From Candidatus Baldrarchaeota archaeon (lineage in GTDB: Archaea; Asgardarchaeota; Baldrarchaeia; Baldrarchaeales; DXJG01), in NCBI GenBank assembly GCA_019056805.1, contig DXJG01000002.1, positions 580,203 through 612,202 on the forward strand: DNA of 32,000 nucleotides, given 5' to 3'. A program made the translations under genes and the position numbers. How positions within the stretch are numbered: position 1 is the stretch's first letter; every line of letters begins with the position of its first letter. This document shows positions 18,185 through 26,946 of this stretch, one piece after another. The notes beneath the pieces were generated by a model. It was not told where the DNA came from and did not search any database. It was given only the letters and a program-made list of their open reading frames with translations.

Positions 18185-18775
18185 TTGAAAAATATAAAAC
18201 ACGAAATTTCAGAGGTTTTAAACGAAATATTACTTGTTATTGAAAGAATGATAAAGTTAAATCTTCAAAAATATCCGGATAGCATCTTTTCACAATATAA
18301 GATCCCCGAGGCATACTTAGATATTGTAGAGAAAAATTTTACTGAACTTTTCCACCAAGTTGAAAAACTTAAAACCTATCTGAAAATAAAAAAGGAATTT
18401 TACAGATCAATAAGAGATCTAATTACTACAATCCAAACATTAATCAAAGAAATGGAAATAACACAAAATGAAGTAAGAATTCTAATACTCCCAGCATATA
18501 AGAGAATGCTAGATGCAGGACTTGAAAACTTTAAAATAAACAGAGAGATAAAAGAAAAAATACAAATCTTAGATGTGATTAGTGAACATTTCAAAAAATC
18601 ACTAAAAAGAATTGAATTGTCACTAATCGCCACAGGTTATGACAGAAAAAGAAATACAGACGATTTGGAAGAAGCACTAACGCTAATAATTCAAGGAGAC
18701 GTTACGGGTGCAAAAGAAAGGATAGAACACGTGAAAGAAAGACTAAAACAACTTGAAAAAAAGGATATTAGATAG
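18185..18775 (+). CDS. Hypothetical all-helical/coiled-coil protein
   Basis: 196-aa ORF, TTG with SD GAGGT, amphipathic E/K/L/I-rich heptads; no recognised motif. Confidence 0.65.
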   Translation: MKNIKHEISEVLNEILLVIERMIKLNLQKYPDSIFSQYKIPEAYLDIVEKNFTELFHQVEKLKTYLKIKKEFYRSIRDLITTIQTLIKEMEITQNEVRILILPAYKRMLDAGLENFKINREIKEKIQILDVISEHFKKSLKRIELSLIATGYDRKRNTDDLEEALTLIIQGDVTGAKERIEHVKERLKQLEKKDIR

Positions 18776-19043
18776 ACGTTACATGTACAGCAAATACTAC
18801 TTACAAAATTTTATGACATAAATTTGTTCTAGCATAAATTATTAAAGGGCTTCAACATTTAAATTATCAGGATGATGACGGCTGGGACAACGATAGAAAG
18901 ATGAAGAATTTGCCGATTGCTGACTTTTTCCATTCCTTACAAATAGGGGCAACAAACCAAAACCACTCCACATTTACCATAAATATTTGTAAAACTAATA
19001 TTTAACGATCAAACGTAATCTTAAGATACAATTTACCTTCATC

Positions 19044-19766
19044 ATGGAGATTAAAATGACTACTTGGCGAGTTCTTTCCTATTTCTCCAAAAGAATAAAT
19101 GAAGTGGAGCCACTTGAAGACCCTGAAATAAAAGATATCATAAAAGAAGTTTCTGAGAGAATGAACTTCAAAATCCACGGGGTATATGTAATTACACCAA
19201 AGAAGCCTATTTTAAATGCTGTACACGTAAAACTTGCTGGTAAATTCAATTACATATATATTATTGGTCCTTTGAAAAAGTTCTTTTCAATCGAAGAAAT
19301 AACTGTAATTATGGCACATGAAATTGCTCATGCCAAGAAAAAACATGTAATGAAACTTATAATTACCAAGAAACTGGCAACAATCTTAGCCCTAACATTA
19401 TCCTCAGCATTCATAATAACCTATGGAACACTAATAGCTCCACACCTACAAGTATCATCGCCCTCCCCCCTTCAGCTAGTATTAGTTTTACTAATAACAT
19501 CCCTAATGATACTTTTCATACCAATGTTAATCGTATGCTATTTCTCACGTAAAATGGAACTTGAAGCTGATATAGAAGCTGCAAAACTCTATGGCACTGA
19601 TCTCTGCATAAAAACGCTAAAAAAACTAGAAAGTCTATATAATAAGAAAACAAAGCAACCCCGACTTTTAACATTAATGAGCACCCATTCACCTATCGAA
19701 AAACGCATAAAAAACCTCGAAAAAATCAGTAAATTAGTTAAATCCAAATACAAAGATATGACATAA
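19044..19766 (+). CDS. M48 family (HtpX/Ste24-like) membrane zinc metalloprotease
   Basis: LNAVH, HEIAH (HEXXH), two TM segments, ELEADIEA, THSPIEKRI; alternative start ATG 19056 after GGAG. Confidence 0.85.
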   Translation: MEIKMTTWRVLSYFSKRINEVEPLEDPEIKDIIKEVSERMNFKIHGVYVITPKKPILNAVHVKLAGKFNYIYIIGPLKKFFSIEEITVIMAHEIAHAKKKHVMKLIITKKLATILALTLSSAFIITYGTLIAPHLQVSSPSPLQLVLVLLITSLMILFIPMLIVCYFSRKMELEADIEAAKLYGTDLCIKTLKKLESLYNKKTKQPRLLTLMSTHSPIEKRIKNLEKISKLVKSKYKDMT

Positions 19767-19842
19767 CTTCTTAGCACCTTTATTAATTTAGTTTTATTAG
19801 GTGAATAAAATATAGAAAAAGAGAGAAAATATTGGGTTAATT

Positions 19843-20691
19843 TTATTCTTCCACTTTACGCCATTGTCCACCATATTCCATCATTGCTAGTCCAACGATT
19901 CCGATGATTACGAAGAAGAGACCTGAAGCTACAACTGGCATACCCGCGAAGGGATTGCCTGGTACGTGGGCTCCATAGAGAGGACTGAAATACGCTCCTG
20001 TAAGACCTATAGCGACCGCTAGCGTTACGAAGTTTCCAATGACAAATCCTACCCATACAAGTAGATAGCCGAGAACAGTTCTTTTGCTTGGCGATTCGCA
20101 TGTCAAGCTGTACTCTGGCATAACGTCAGTCCATAGCCATCCAAGTTTCTTAACACGATCATAGAATAGAACCATGAGTATAGGTCCTAGAATTGCTTCG
20201 TGAATGAAATTGTTAAATGTGATAATTATCGATAGAATTGCAAATGGCACAAAGCCGATGGCTTCCGTCCATAAACTGATGGTCATACCACAAGCACTGC
20301 TATTTAATAATGCGGTTGCTTCAAACCTTATGAGGCTTGCAAAGGATTTACAATCTGGTTCTTCTTTGAACATTTTATGCCATGTATAGTATGGTAGAAG
20401 ACCATAAATCCAATTTCCTATGAAGCCGCCGATTGAACCAATGGTCAATGCTCCGCCGAGAATATCAAATCCGATGAGGTTACCAACTGCGGTTCCCCAT
20501 GTAGCTGCTGGTCCCCAGAGAAGACTTGTAACGATTGGAATAGCATTTCCAGGTCTAAGCGCGGTTACACCAGGAATTATCCATAAGGGCATAATGGCGA
20601 AAATCCAAAGAATTACTGCGTAGAATGCCGCTGAAAGCGAGAAGAACACTATCATCTGTGTATAGGCAAACATGCTTAAGTTTTCTTTCAT
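19843..20691 (-). CDS. ECF transporter substrate-binding (S) component, QueT-like, with extra C-terminal TM region
   Basis: PGVTALRPGNAIPIVTSLLWGPAATWGTAVGNLIG pattern; 282 aa hydrophobic; divergent from ecfA-ecfT. Confidence 0.7.
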   Translation of the reverse strand: MKENLSMFAYTQMIVFFSLSAAFYAVILWIFAIMPLWIIPGVTALRPGNAIPIVTSLLWGPAATWGTAVGNLIGFDILGGALTIGSIGGFIGNWIYGLLPYYTWHKMFKEEPDCKSFASLIRFEATALLNSSACGMTISLWTEAIGFVPFAILSIIITFNNFIHEAILGPILMVLFYDRVKKLGWLWTDVMPEYSLTCESPSKRTVLGYLLVWVGFVIGNFVTLAVAIGLTGAYFSPLYGAHVPGNPFAGMPVVASGLFFVIIGIVGLAMMEYGGQWRKVEE

Positions 20692-20995
20692 GTCCTACCA
20701 CTCCCCAATCGACATACATATTTTAATTACCGGTCACTTATTAATATTATTTATACATTTTTTTGTATAATAAACCTAAGAAATAACGTGTAAAATAAAT
20801 TGTAAAAATCAAAGAAAACAAATCTATAAAACTCGATTGTTATTTTGATGCTAAAGTTTTAAGTAGTGGTAAATAGTTTTGATACAAACTATATTGAATC
20901 AGCTTAAAAGGTAAAGTTAATAATGCACTACCAGTAAACTTTAATGTCGAAGGATATACCTCACTTAACTACCCTTAATAGCGAAAAGGAGAAAA

Positions 20996-22693
20996 GTGGA
21001 GACAATGGCGGAGGATAAATATATAATTGAACTAGAAGATGTCTGGATTAAACATCGCGGTCAAGAAGATTATGCTCTGAAAGAAATAAACCTCAAAGTG
21101 AGACCCGGAGAAACGCTTGCCATCATTGGGCCCACGAATGCTGGAAAAAGCACTCTTTGTATGCTTTTAAATGGTCTAATACCTAATATTGTAAAAGTTA
21201 AAGAATTTAAAGGAAAAGTTACCGTCAAAGGAAAAAATGTTAAAAAACATAGAGTTTCAGAACTTGCACCAATAGTTGGCATCGTTTTTCAAGATTATGA
21301 AAGTCAAATTTTTAGAACTAACGTAGAGTTAGAAATAACTTTTGGACCAGAGAATCTCGGCCTTCCTCGAGAGGAGATTAAGAGAAGACTTGAGAAATGT
21401 CTCGAATGGACTCGTATGAACGGTTTAGAAAAACGTTACACCTTTGAGTTGAGCGGTGGACAAAAACAACGATTGGCAATAGCTTCTATTTTGGCGATGC
21501 AACCAGACATAATAGTCCTAGATGAAGCAACATCAGATCTTGACCCTATAGGGAAATTTGAAATCTATCAGGTAATTCAACAGTTAAAAAGAGAAAAGGA
21601 GGACCTTACTTTAATCATGGTTGATCATCACCTCGATAAAGTTGCGGAAATAGCTGATAGAATAGTTGTATTAAATCGTGGTCAAATTATTTATGAAGGG
21701 ACGCCTAGAGAAGTGTTTTCTCGTGTAGACGAATTACTTAAGATGGGTCTTAATCCACCTCAAGTTACAGAGTTATTTTATAAAATGGGTGAAAAACCAC
21801 CATATCCGATTTCAATGGAAGAAGCTATGGAAAGATTTCCAAAAAATAAAAAAATAAAAGCTCCGGAAAATCCACCCAAAAAAGCATCGGATAATGAACC
21901 AGCTATTGAAATAAGAGATTTATGGCATACCTATGATAATGTTCACTGGGCCTTAAAAGGGATAAATCTGCGAATAAATAAAGGTGAATTTGTTGCCCTC
22001 ATCGGGAATAACGGATCAGGTAAAACAACATTGGCTATGAGCATAAATGGAATAGTTAGACCAACAAGAGGGTCAGTTAAAGTTCTAGGTCATGAAGTAA
22101 CAACCATGACGGTTAAAGCAGCTGGTAGATTAGTTGGTTATATATTCCAAAATCCCGATTTCCAACTTGTAACCAGCTCGGTTAGATCAGAGATAGAATT
22201 AGGTTTAAAACAACTTGAACTTCCAAAGGACGAGGTTGATAAACGGGTTGAAAGAGTTTTAAAATTACTTAATATTGAAGATATTGCTGATGAAGATCCG
22301 TTTTTCCTCAATAAGGCAAATAGGCAGAGAGTTGCTGTTGCAAGCATACTTGCATTAGAACCTGAAATAATAATTTTAGATGAACCAACAACCGGATTAA
22401 CACCAGGTGAAACTAGAGATATCATGAGACTTGCACTTGAACTAAATAAGGCGGGGAAAACAATTATAATTATTACACATGACATGTGGTTGGTTGCTGA
22501 ATATGCCCAACGTGTAATTGTTTTAAGAGATGGAGAATTATTAATGGATGGTCATCCCCGTTCCGTATTCTCTCAAATAGAACTTCTAGGTGAGTCATTT
22601 ATAGAACCGCCGCAAATTGCAAGATTCTCCAAAACCATGTTTAACAAGACTTTCTTATCGGTTGATGAGTTAATTTCCCATATGGAGGTGTAA
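20996..22693 (+). CDS. ecfA: ECF transporter ATPase with two fused NBDs (EcfA-A')
   Basis: GPTNAGKST / VFQDYESQ / LSGGQ / LDEAT, then GNNGSGKT / IFQNPD / LNKAN / LDEPT / THD; alternative start ATG 21005. Confidence 0.92.
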   Translation: METMAEDKYIIELEDVWIKHRGQEDYALKEINLKVRPGETLAIIGPTNAGKSTLCMLLNGLIPNIVKVKEFKGKVTVKGKNVKKHRVSELAPIVGIVFQDYESQIFRTNVELEITFGPENLGLPREEIKRRLEKCLEWTRMNGLEKRYTFELSGGQKQRLAIASILAMQPDIIVLDEATSDLDPIGKFEIYQVIQQLKREKEDLTLIMVDHHLDKVAEIADRIVVLNRGQIIYEGTPREVFSRVDELLKMGLNPPQVTELFYKMGEKPPYPISMEEAMERFPKNKKIKAPENPPKKASDNEPAIEIRDLWHTYDNVHWALKGINLRINKGEFVALIGNNGSGKTTLAMSINGIVRPTRGSVKVLGHEVTTMTVKAAGRLVGYIFQNPDFQLVTSSVRSEIELGLKQLELPKDEVDKRVERVLKLLNIEDIADEDPFFLNKANRQRVAVASILALEPEIIILDEPTTGLTPGETRDIMRLALELNKAGKTIIIITHDMWLVAEYAQRVIVLRDGELLMDGHPRSVFSQIELLGESFIEPPQIARFSKTMFNKTFLSVDELISHMEV

Positions 22694-22696
22694 ATA

Positions 22697-23503
22697 ATGG
22701 TACAATTTACTCTCTATGTTGATAGAGATACGATTCTCCATAGACTAGATCCCCGTTCCAAGTTAATCTGGCTTGTATGTGTATGGTTATGGGCAATGTC
22801 TTTTAATCATCCAGCATGGACTTTTGTCATATTTCTTGTTGTAATAGTTTTTGCGGTCACATCTCGTTCAATGCATCATCTTAGCTTTGCAATCAAAGGA
22901 TTAATCTCCCTATTCATAATGGCAGCAATTATGTGGCCTCTCTTTAGAGAAGGCTTCACACCAATATACACCTTAGTTTTTCCTTTCGGTAAAAAGGTCA
23001 TTTACTATGAGACAGTTCTTTATGCATTAGCAATGTCTATGAGATTTTTTGCGATGATAACTGCAGGGCTCGTATATTTTGCAACGACTAGAATGGAAGA
23101 TCTTTCAGTTGCATTAGCAAAAATGAGAATACCCTATGGATTAAACTTTGGGTTTACCACAATTTTCCGTTTCATACCAACCATGTATGGGGAGGCTCAA
23201 CTAATTTTTCTCGCCCAAGAAGCTAGAGGAGTTGATCTAAGAAGAGGGAGTATTTTTCAGAAAATAAAAAACACAGTTCCGACAATAGCTCCCCTCTTTA
23301 TAACTACTCTTCGAAGAGCTGGAGAACTAGTAATGGCTATCGAAAGTCGAGCATTTCTATTAAAAAAAGAGAGAACATCATACTACGAGATTAAATTTAA
23401 GTTAGGAGACTACATCCTAGTGATATTCTCCATAATACTCACAGTGTTCTTCCTCTGGCTACGAATACAAGGCTACGGCATAGTACTTCCAACAGCAATA
23501 TAA
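22697..23503 (+). CDS. ecfT: ECF transporter transmembrane component T
   Basis: LHRLDPRSKL, FRFIPT, AQEARG, AIESRAF (two coupling Arg motifs). Confidence 0.92.
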   Translation: MVQFTLYVDRDTILHRLDPRSKLIWLVCVWLWAMSFNHPAWTFVIFLVVIVFAVTSRSMHHLSFAIKGLISLFIMAAIMWPLFREGFTPIYTLVFPFGKKVIYYETVLYALAMSMRFFAMITAGLVYFATTRMEDLSVALAKMRIPYGLNFGFTTIFRFIPTMYGEAQLIFLAQEARGVDLRRGSIFQKIKNTVPTIAPLFITTLRRAGELVMAIESRAFLLKKERTSYYEIKFKLGDYILVIFSIILTVFFLWLRIQGYGIVLPTAI

Positions 23504-23515
23504 TAGGTGAGAAAT

Positions 23516-24190
23516 ATGAAAGGAAGATTCCTCATAGCATCCACAATATTAGCAGTAATTAGTTTGATAGCTGTAAATATTCTTCTACCAGATATTGTAG
23601 AAACTTACACCATCGCATACGCTACAAGATATAATGACATGATAGCATTAATTATTGGTACAATAGATGCATTATCAAATCTACCAGTTGCATACACAGG
23701 AAACACATTTTATACCATGTTTGCTTTATGGTTTATAGCAGGTCTTATAACAGGTGCAATTATACGCAAACCAGAAAGCAGTTTAGTTGGTGGAATGTTC
23801 ACAGGTGTAGTTTTCGGCCTAATACTAATATTTGTCTTAGCTTCTGAACAAGGAATCGACATAAGAATAGTTTTCAAAGATCTATTTGCCAGGAGCCCAG
23901 ATGAAGTTTATTATAGGCCTTTCTATGTTGCATCAATAGCAAAACTAGTCTACGCATTTATGTCTGCATTTATTGGTGCAATAGGCAGTGCTATAAGTGC
24001 TGCAGTACTACTTAAACCTGAAATACCAGAACAAGAAATGCCAGAAGAAATGTACCCAATAAAAACAACATGCCCCAGCTGTGGAGCAGAGTTCTTAAGC
24101 ACTCCAATGTACTGCGCCGTATGTGGCATAAAACTTAGAGAAACTCGATCTATAACGGGGGTAAGCCTTGAAGAAAAGCAAAACCGATAA
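23516..24190 (+). CDS. Membrane protein with C-terminal zinc ribbon (CPSC...CAVC)
   Basis: About four hydrophobic segments, then PEIPEQEMPEE linker and CPSCG...YCAVCG; SD AGGTGA before ATG 23516 (track GTG 23507). Confidence 0.7.
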   Translation: MKGRFLIASTILAVISLIAVNILLPDIVETYTIAYATRYNDMIALIIGTIDALSNLPVAYTGNTFYTMFALWFIAGLITGAIIRKPESSLVGGMFTGVVFGLILIFVLASEQGIDIRIVFKDLFARSPDEVYYRPFYVASIAKLVYAFMSAFIGAIGSAISAAVLLKPEIPEQEMPEEMYPIKTTCPSCGAEFLSTPMYCAVCGIKLRETRSITGVSLEEKQNR

Positions 24191-24821
24191 GAAAAAGCCT
24201 TTATACATTCAAAAGGCTGAAGACCTACGCTATGCTATAGATGTATTAGATGGCTTTAGACGACCGCCCTTTCCCTATAGAAAACTAGAACGAGAACAAG
24301 TTAAAAAAACTAGAAAACTAAAACCCATGGAAAGAACAAAACTACACGCCATTATCGAAAACATAAGAGACCCGGAAATCTCAAAGAAATGGGAAATCCT
24401 TAAAAATCATTTAATAAAGTTTTTAGCGGTTTACCGCGAATATGAACATTTTGCAAGACGTACAAATATCAAAATTTTCGGTCTCATAGCTCTTTCATCA
24501 GTAATTCTATCTATCCTCGCTGTAACACGGTCATTACCCCTCTGGATAGTTGAAGCAACCGTAATTCCAATCTTCATACTCCTAATTCTCATTTATAGAC
24601 ACTATGAAATGAAAAGAATACAAGCATTAAGAAAAAAATGGAAACACGGACACCTAGTAAGAGAATTAGTTGACATGATTGCAGCACATCTCTCTAAACT
24701 AATAAAACAACATTCTCTAAACCCCAGCGACTACAAAATATCCTCAAACTTCAACGACTACAAAAACCTACGAACCGTAACCATCCACAAAAACTGGTTT
24801 GAACTAGAACCAAAAGTTTAA
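24168..24821 (+). CDS. Hypothetical basic protein with a central 2-TM hairpin
   Basis: 217 aa; IFGLIALSSVILSILAV and WIVEATVIPIFILLILIY; TTG start overlaps the previous gene by 23 nt. Confidence 0.65.
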   Translation: MKKSKTDKKKPLYIQKAEDLRYAIDVLDGFRRPPFPYRKLEREQVKKTRKLKPMERTKLHAIIENIRDPEISKKWEILKNHLIKFLAVYREYEHFARRTNIKIFGLIALSSVILSILAVTRSLPLWIVEATVIPIFILLILIYRHYEMKRIQALRKKWKHGHLVRELVDMIAAHLSKLIKQHSLNPSDYKISSNFNDYKNLRTVTIHKNWFELEPKV

Positions 24822-25030
24822 CCTAATCTTCTTTTAGAAGACAAAATATTTCTTGGTACATGTTGTAATCTCGGTCTATCTTCCATTATGGGACTTTTAT
24901 GTTAAATCATTGTCCTGGAGGAATTCTTAAAGAAATAAGATACATTTAACTAAAAATTAAAATTGTCATGTTGCGGTGTCTTCATTTTCGGGTTAATGAA
25001 TATCAGCTTTAATTTTGATTCTTCAATATT

Positions 25031-25786
25031 TCAGAATCCTTTCTCATGTAGGATTTTGATTGCTTCAATGGCAACTTTTATTTCTGTGTCAATGGCTTTT
25101 TTCACAATTTCTGCGTGGTCTCCAAGTTCTTGGCCAGGTTCAAACTCCAGTTTCTTTGTTCCTTTTACGAGGTTTCCGTCAACAGCCAATATTGCTCCGG
25201 CTTTTAATCCCCTTAAATGGGAAACTATGAATATTGCGGAACATTCTCCCTCTACGGACAAAACTCTAGCTTTCCTCCACTCATTAACATATTGCATTTC
25301 AGCATAATATGCAGGACTAGTTGCCACTACACCTCGATAATATTTAACACCAAGGGTTTCAGCAGCTTCTATCAAAGCATTTACAACATCTAAATCCGGA
25401 ACCGCTGGAAAATCTGGTGGAACATATGCATGCGTTGTTCCTTCACGTCTAACAGCGCCGGTCGGAATTATAAGATCTCCAACTTCTATATCTGGTTGTA
25501 AGGCACCTGTTGTACCTACACGAATCAGAATTTTAGCTCCTATATTTGCAAGTTCTTCCACAGCTATTGAAGCCGCATTTCCTCCGATCCCCGTTGATGT
25601 TGTTGAGATTGGGATTCCTGAAACAGTGCCAGTATATGTTATGAATTCCCTGAAGTCAGCAACTAGACGGTACTCATCAAACTTCTCTGCCACTATTTTA
25701 GATCGCTTAGGATCACCTGGTAAAAGTACATATTTAGCAACGTCACCTACACCGCACATAATATGAGGTTGTATTTTCTTTTTCAA
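25031..25786 (-). CDS. Nucleoside phosphorylase (NP-I, Udp/DeoD-like) with atypical EGE motif
   Basis: VLLPGDPKR, REFITYTG, STGIGG, IAVEEL, IRVGTTGAL, AVRREGTT, VEGECSA, AVDGN; TTG start with SD GGAGGG. Confidence 0.88.
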   Translation of the reverse strand: MKKKIQPHIMCGVGDVAKYVLLPGDPKRSKIVAEKFDEYRLVADFREFITYTGTVSGIPISTTSTGIGGNAASIAVEELANIGAKILIRVGTTGALQPDIEVGDLIIPTGAVRREGTTHAYVPPDFPAVPDLDVVNALIEAAETLGVKYYRGVVATSPAYYAEMQYVNEWRKARVLSVEGECSAIFIVSHLRGLKAGAILAVDGNLVKGTKKLEFEPGQELGDHAEIVKKAIDTEIKVAIEAIKILHEKGF

Positions 25787-25906
25787 AGCTTACCCTCCAC
25801 TACATACTCTTAAATCGGTGGCCAATATTAATAGTTTATTTGTCTTTTAAATTAAGTAAGATAGAAATATGCGAGGAAACCTAAGTGTTTTGAGAGGTGT
25901 TTACCT

Positions 25907-26863
25907 TTGATAATCCCAGAGGAAATCAGAAAGATAGCAGATGATATTTGTACAATGCGGATTCGTGGTGCTACACCTATCGCTAAGGCTGCTGTTGAAG
26001 GATTAAAAATTGCTGCTCAAAAAACTCCAGCAAAAACTGTTCAAGAATTTTACAAAAAGTTTAAGGAAATCGGAAAATTTTTACAAGCTACCCGACCATC
26101 TGCAGTATCTTTACCCAACGGCATAAGATATGTGCTGTATAGAGTTAAAAAGGCTGTTGAAGAAGGACTATCGCTTGATCAAGTTAAATCTATCGCAATA
26201 AACGTATCTAATGAATTTATAGAGAAGACAAATACTGCTAAAGACAAAATTGGAGAAATAGGAGCAAAATTAATTAAAGATGGAGACACTATTCTCACCC
26301 ACTGTAATAGTAGTATCGCGTTAAGCATAATAAAAACAGCACATCGACAAGGAAAAGAAATAAAGGTTTATGCAACAGAGACAAGACCTAGATACCAAGG
26401 ACATTTAACAATAAAAGAATTAAATGAAAGTGGTATACCTACGACCTTAATTGTCGATTCTGCAGCTGGATTTTTCATGAAAGAAGTTGACAAAGTTATT
26501 GTAGGAGCAGACACCATACTTGTGGACGGCACGCTTATCTACAAAATAGGACTGTTTTTAATAGCATTAGCAGCAAGAAAGTACAATGTGCCTTTATATG
26601 TAGGTGCAGAAACCTACAAGTTCTGTCCAGAAAGCGTTACCGGAGAAATAATAGAAATAGAGGAGAGAGACTCTGCTGAAATAATTGATCCAGAGAAAAT
26701 AAAAGATCTAAAATACGTAACTGTTCGAAACCCGGCATTTGACTACATTCCACCTGAATACATAAAATATATCATAACAGAGAAGGGAATAATTCCACCA
26801 CACGCTGCAATCATAGTGCTTAGAGAAGAATACGGATGGCCGATTTCAACCCCACAAATATAA
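25907..26863 (+). CDS. Ribose-1,5-bisphosphate isomerase-like (eIF2B alpha/beta/delta family)
   Basis: MRIRGA, TRPSAVSL, LTHCNSS (catalytic Cys), ETRPRYQG, VGAD (catalytic Asp), AETYKF, NPAFD; TTG start with SD GAGGTG. Confidence 0.85.
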   Translation: MIIPEEIRKIADDICTMRIRGATPIAKAAVEGLKIAAQKTPAKTVQEFYKKFKEIGKFLQATRPSAVSLPNGIRYVLYRVKKAVEEGLSLDQVKSIAINVSNEFIEKTNTAKDKIGEIGAKLIKDGDTILTHCNSSIALSIIKTAHRQGKEIKVYATETRPRYQGHLTIKELNESGIPTTLIVDSAAGFFMKEVDKVIVGADTILVDGTLIYKIGLFLIALAARKYNVPLYVGAETYKFCPESVTGEIIEIEERDSAEIIDPEKIKDLKYVTVRNPAFDYIPPEYIKYIITEKGIIPPHAAIIVLREEYGWPISTPQI

Positions 26864-26946
26864 ACAGAAATTAGATATACAAATTTTGGATATAAAGATC
26901 ATGTAAAACTTAATTTTTCTTTTTCAATAAATAGTTAATTTACAAG

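Noticed and set aside
18860-18935. Possible 24-aa hydrophobic peptide on the minus strand (MEKVSNRQILHLSIVVPAVIILII)
   Set aside because: No properly spaced SD, very short, and no independent support.
20751-20892. Two 7-bp inverted repeats with 6-nt spacers (TTATACA/TGTATAA, ATAGTTT/AAACTAT) in the ECF divergent promoter
   Set aside because: AT-rich and different from each other and from other palindromes in the window, so no shared operator can be claimed.
25907-26863. Annotation as translation factor eIF2B subunit
   Set aside because: Catalytic Cys/Asp and the MRIRGA motif, plus the neighbouring phosphorylase, indicate a sugar-phosphate isomerase.
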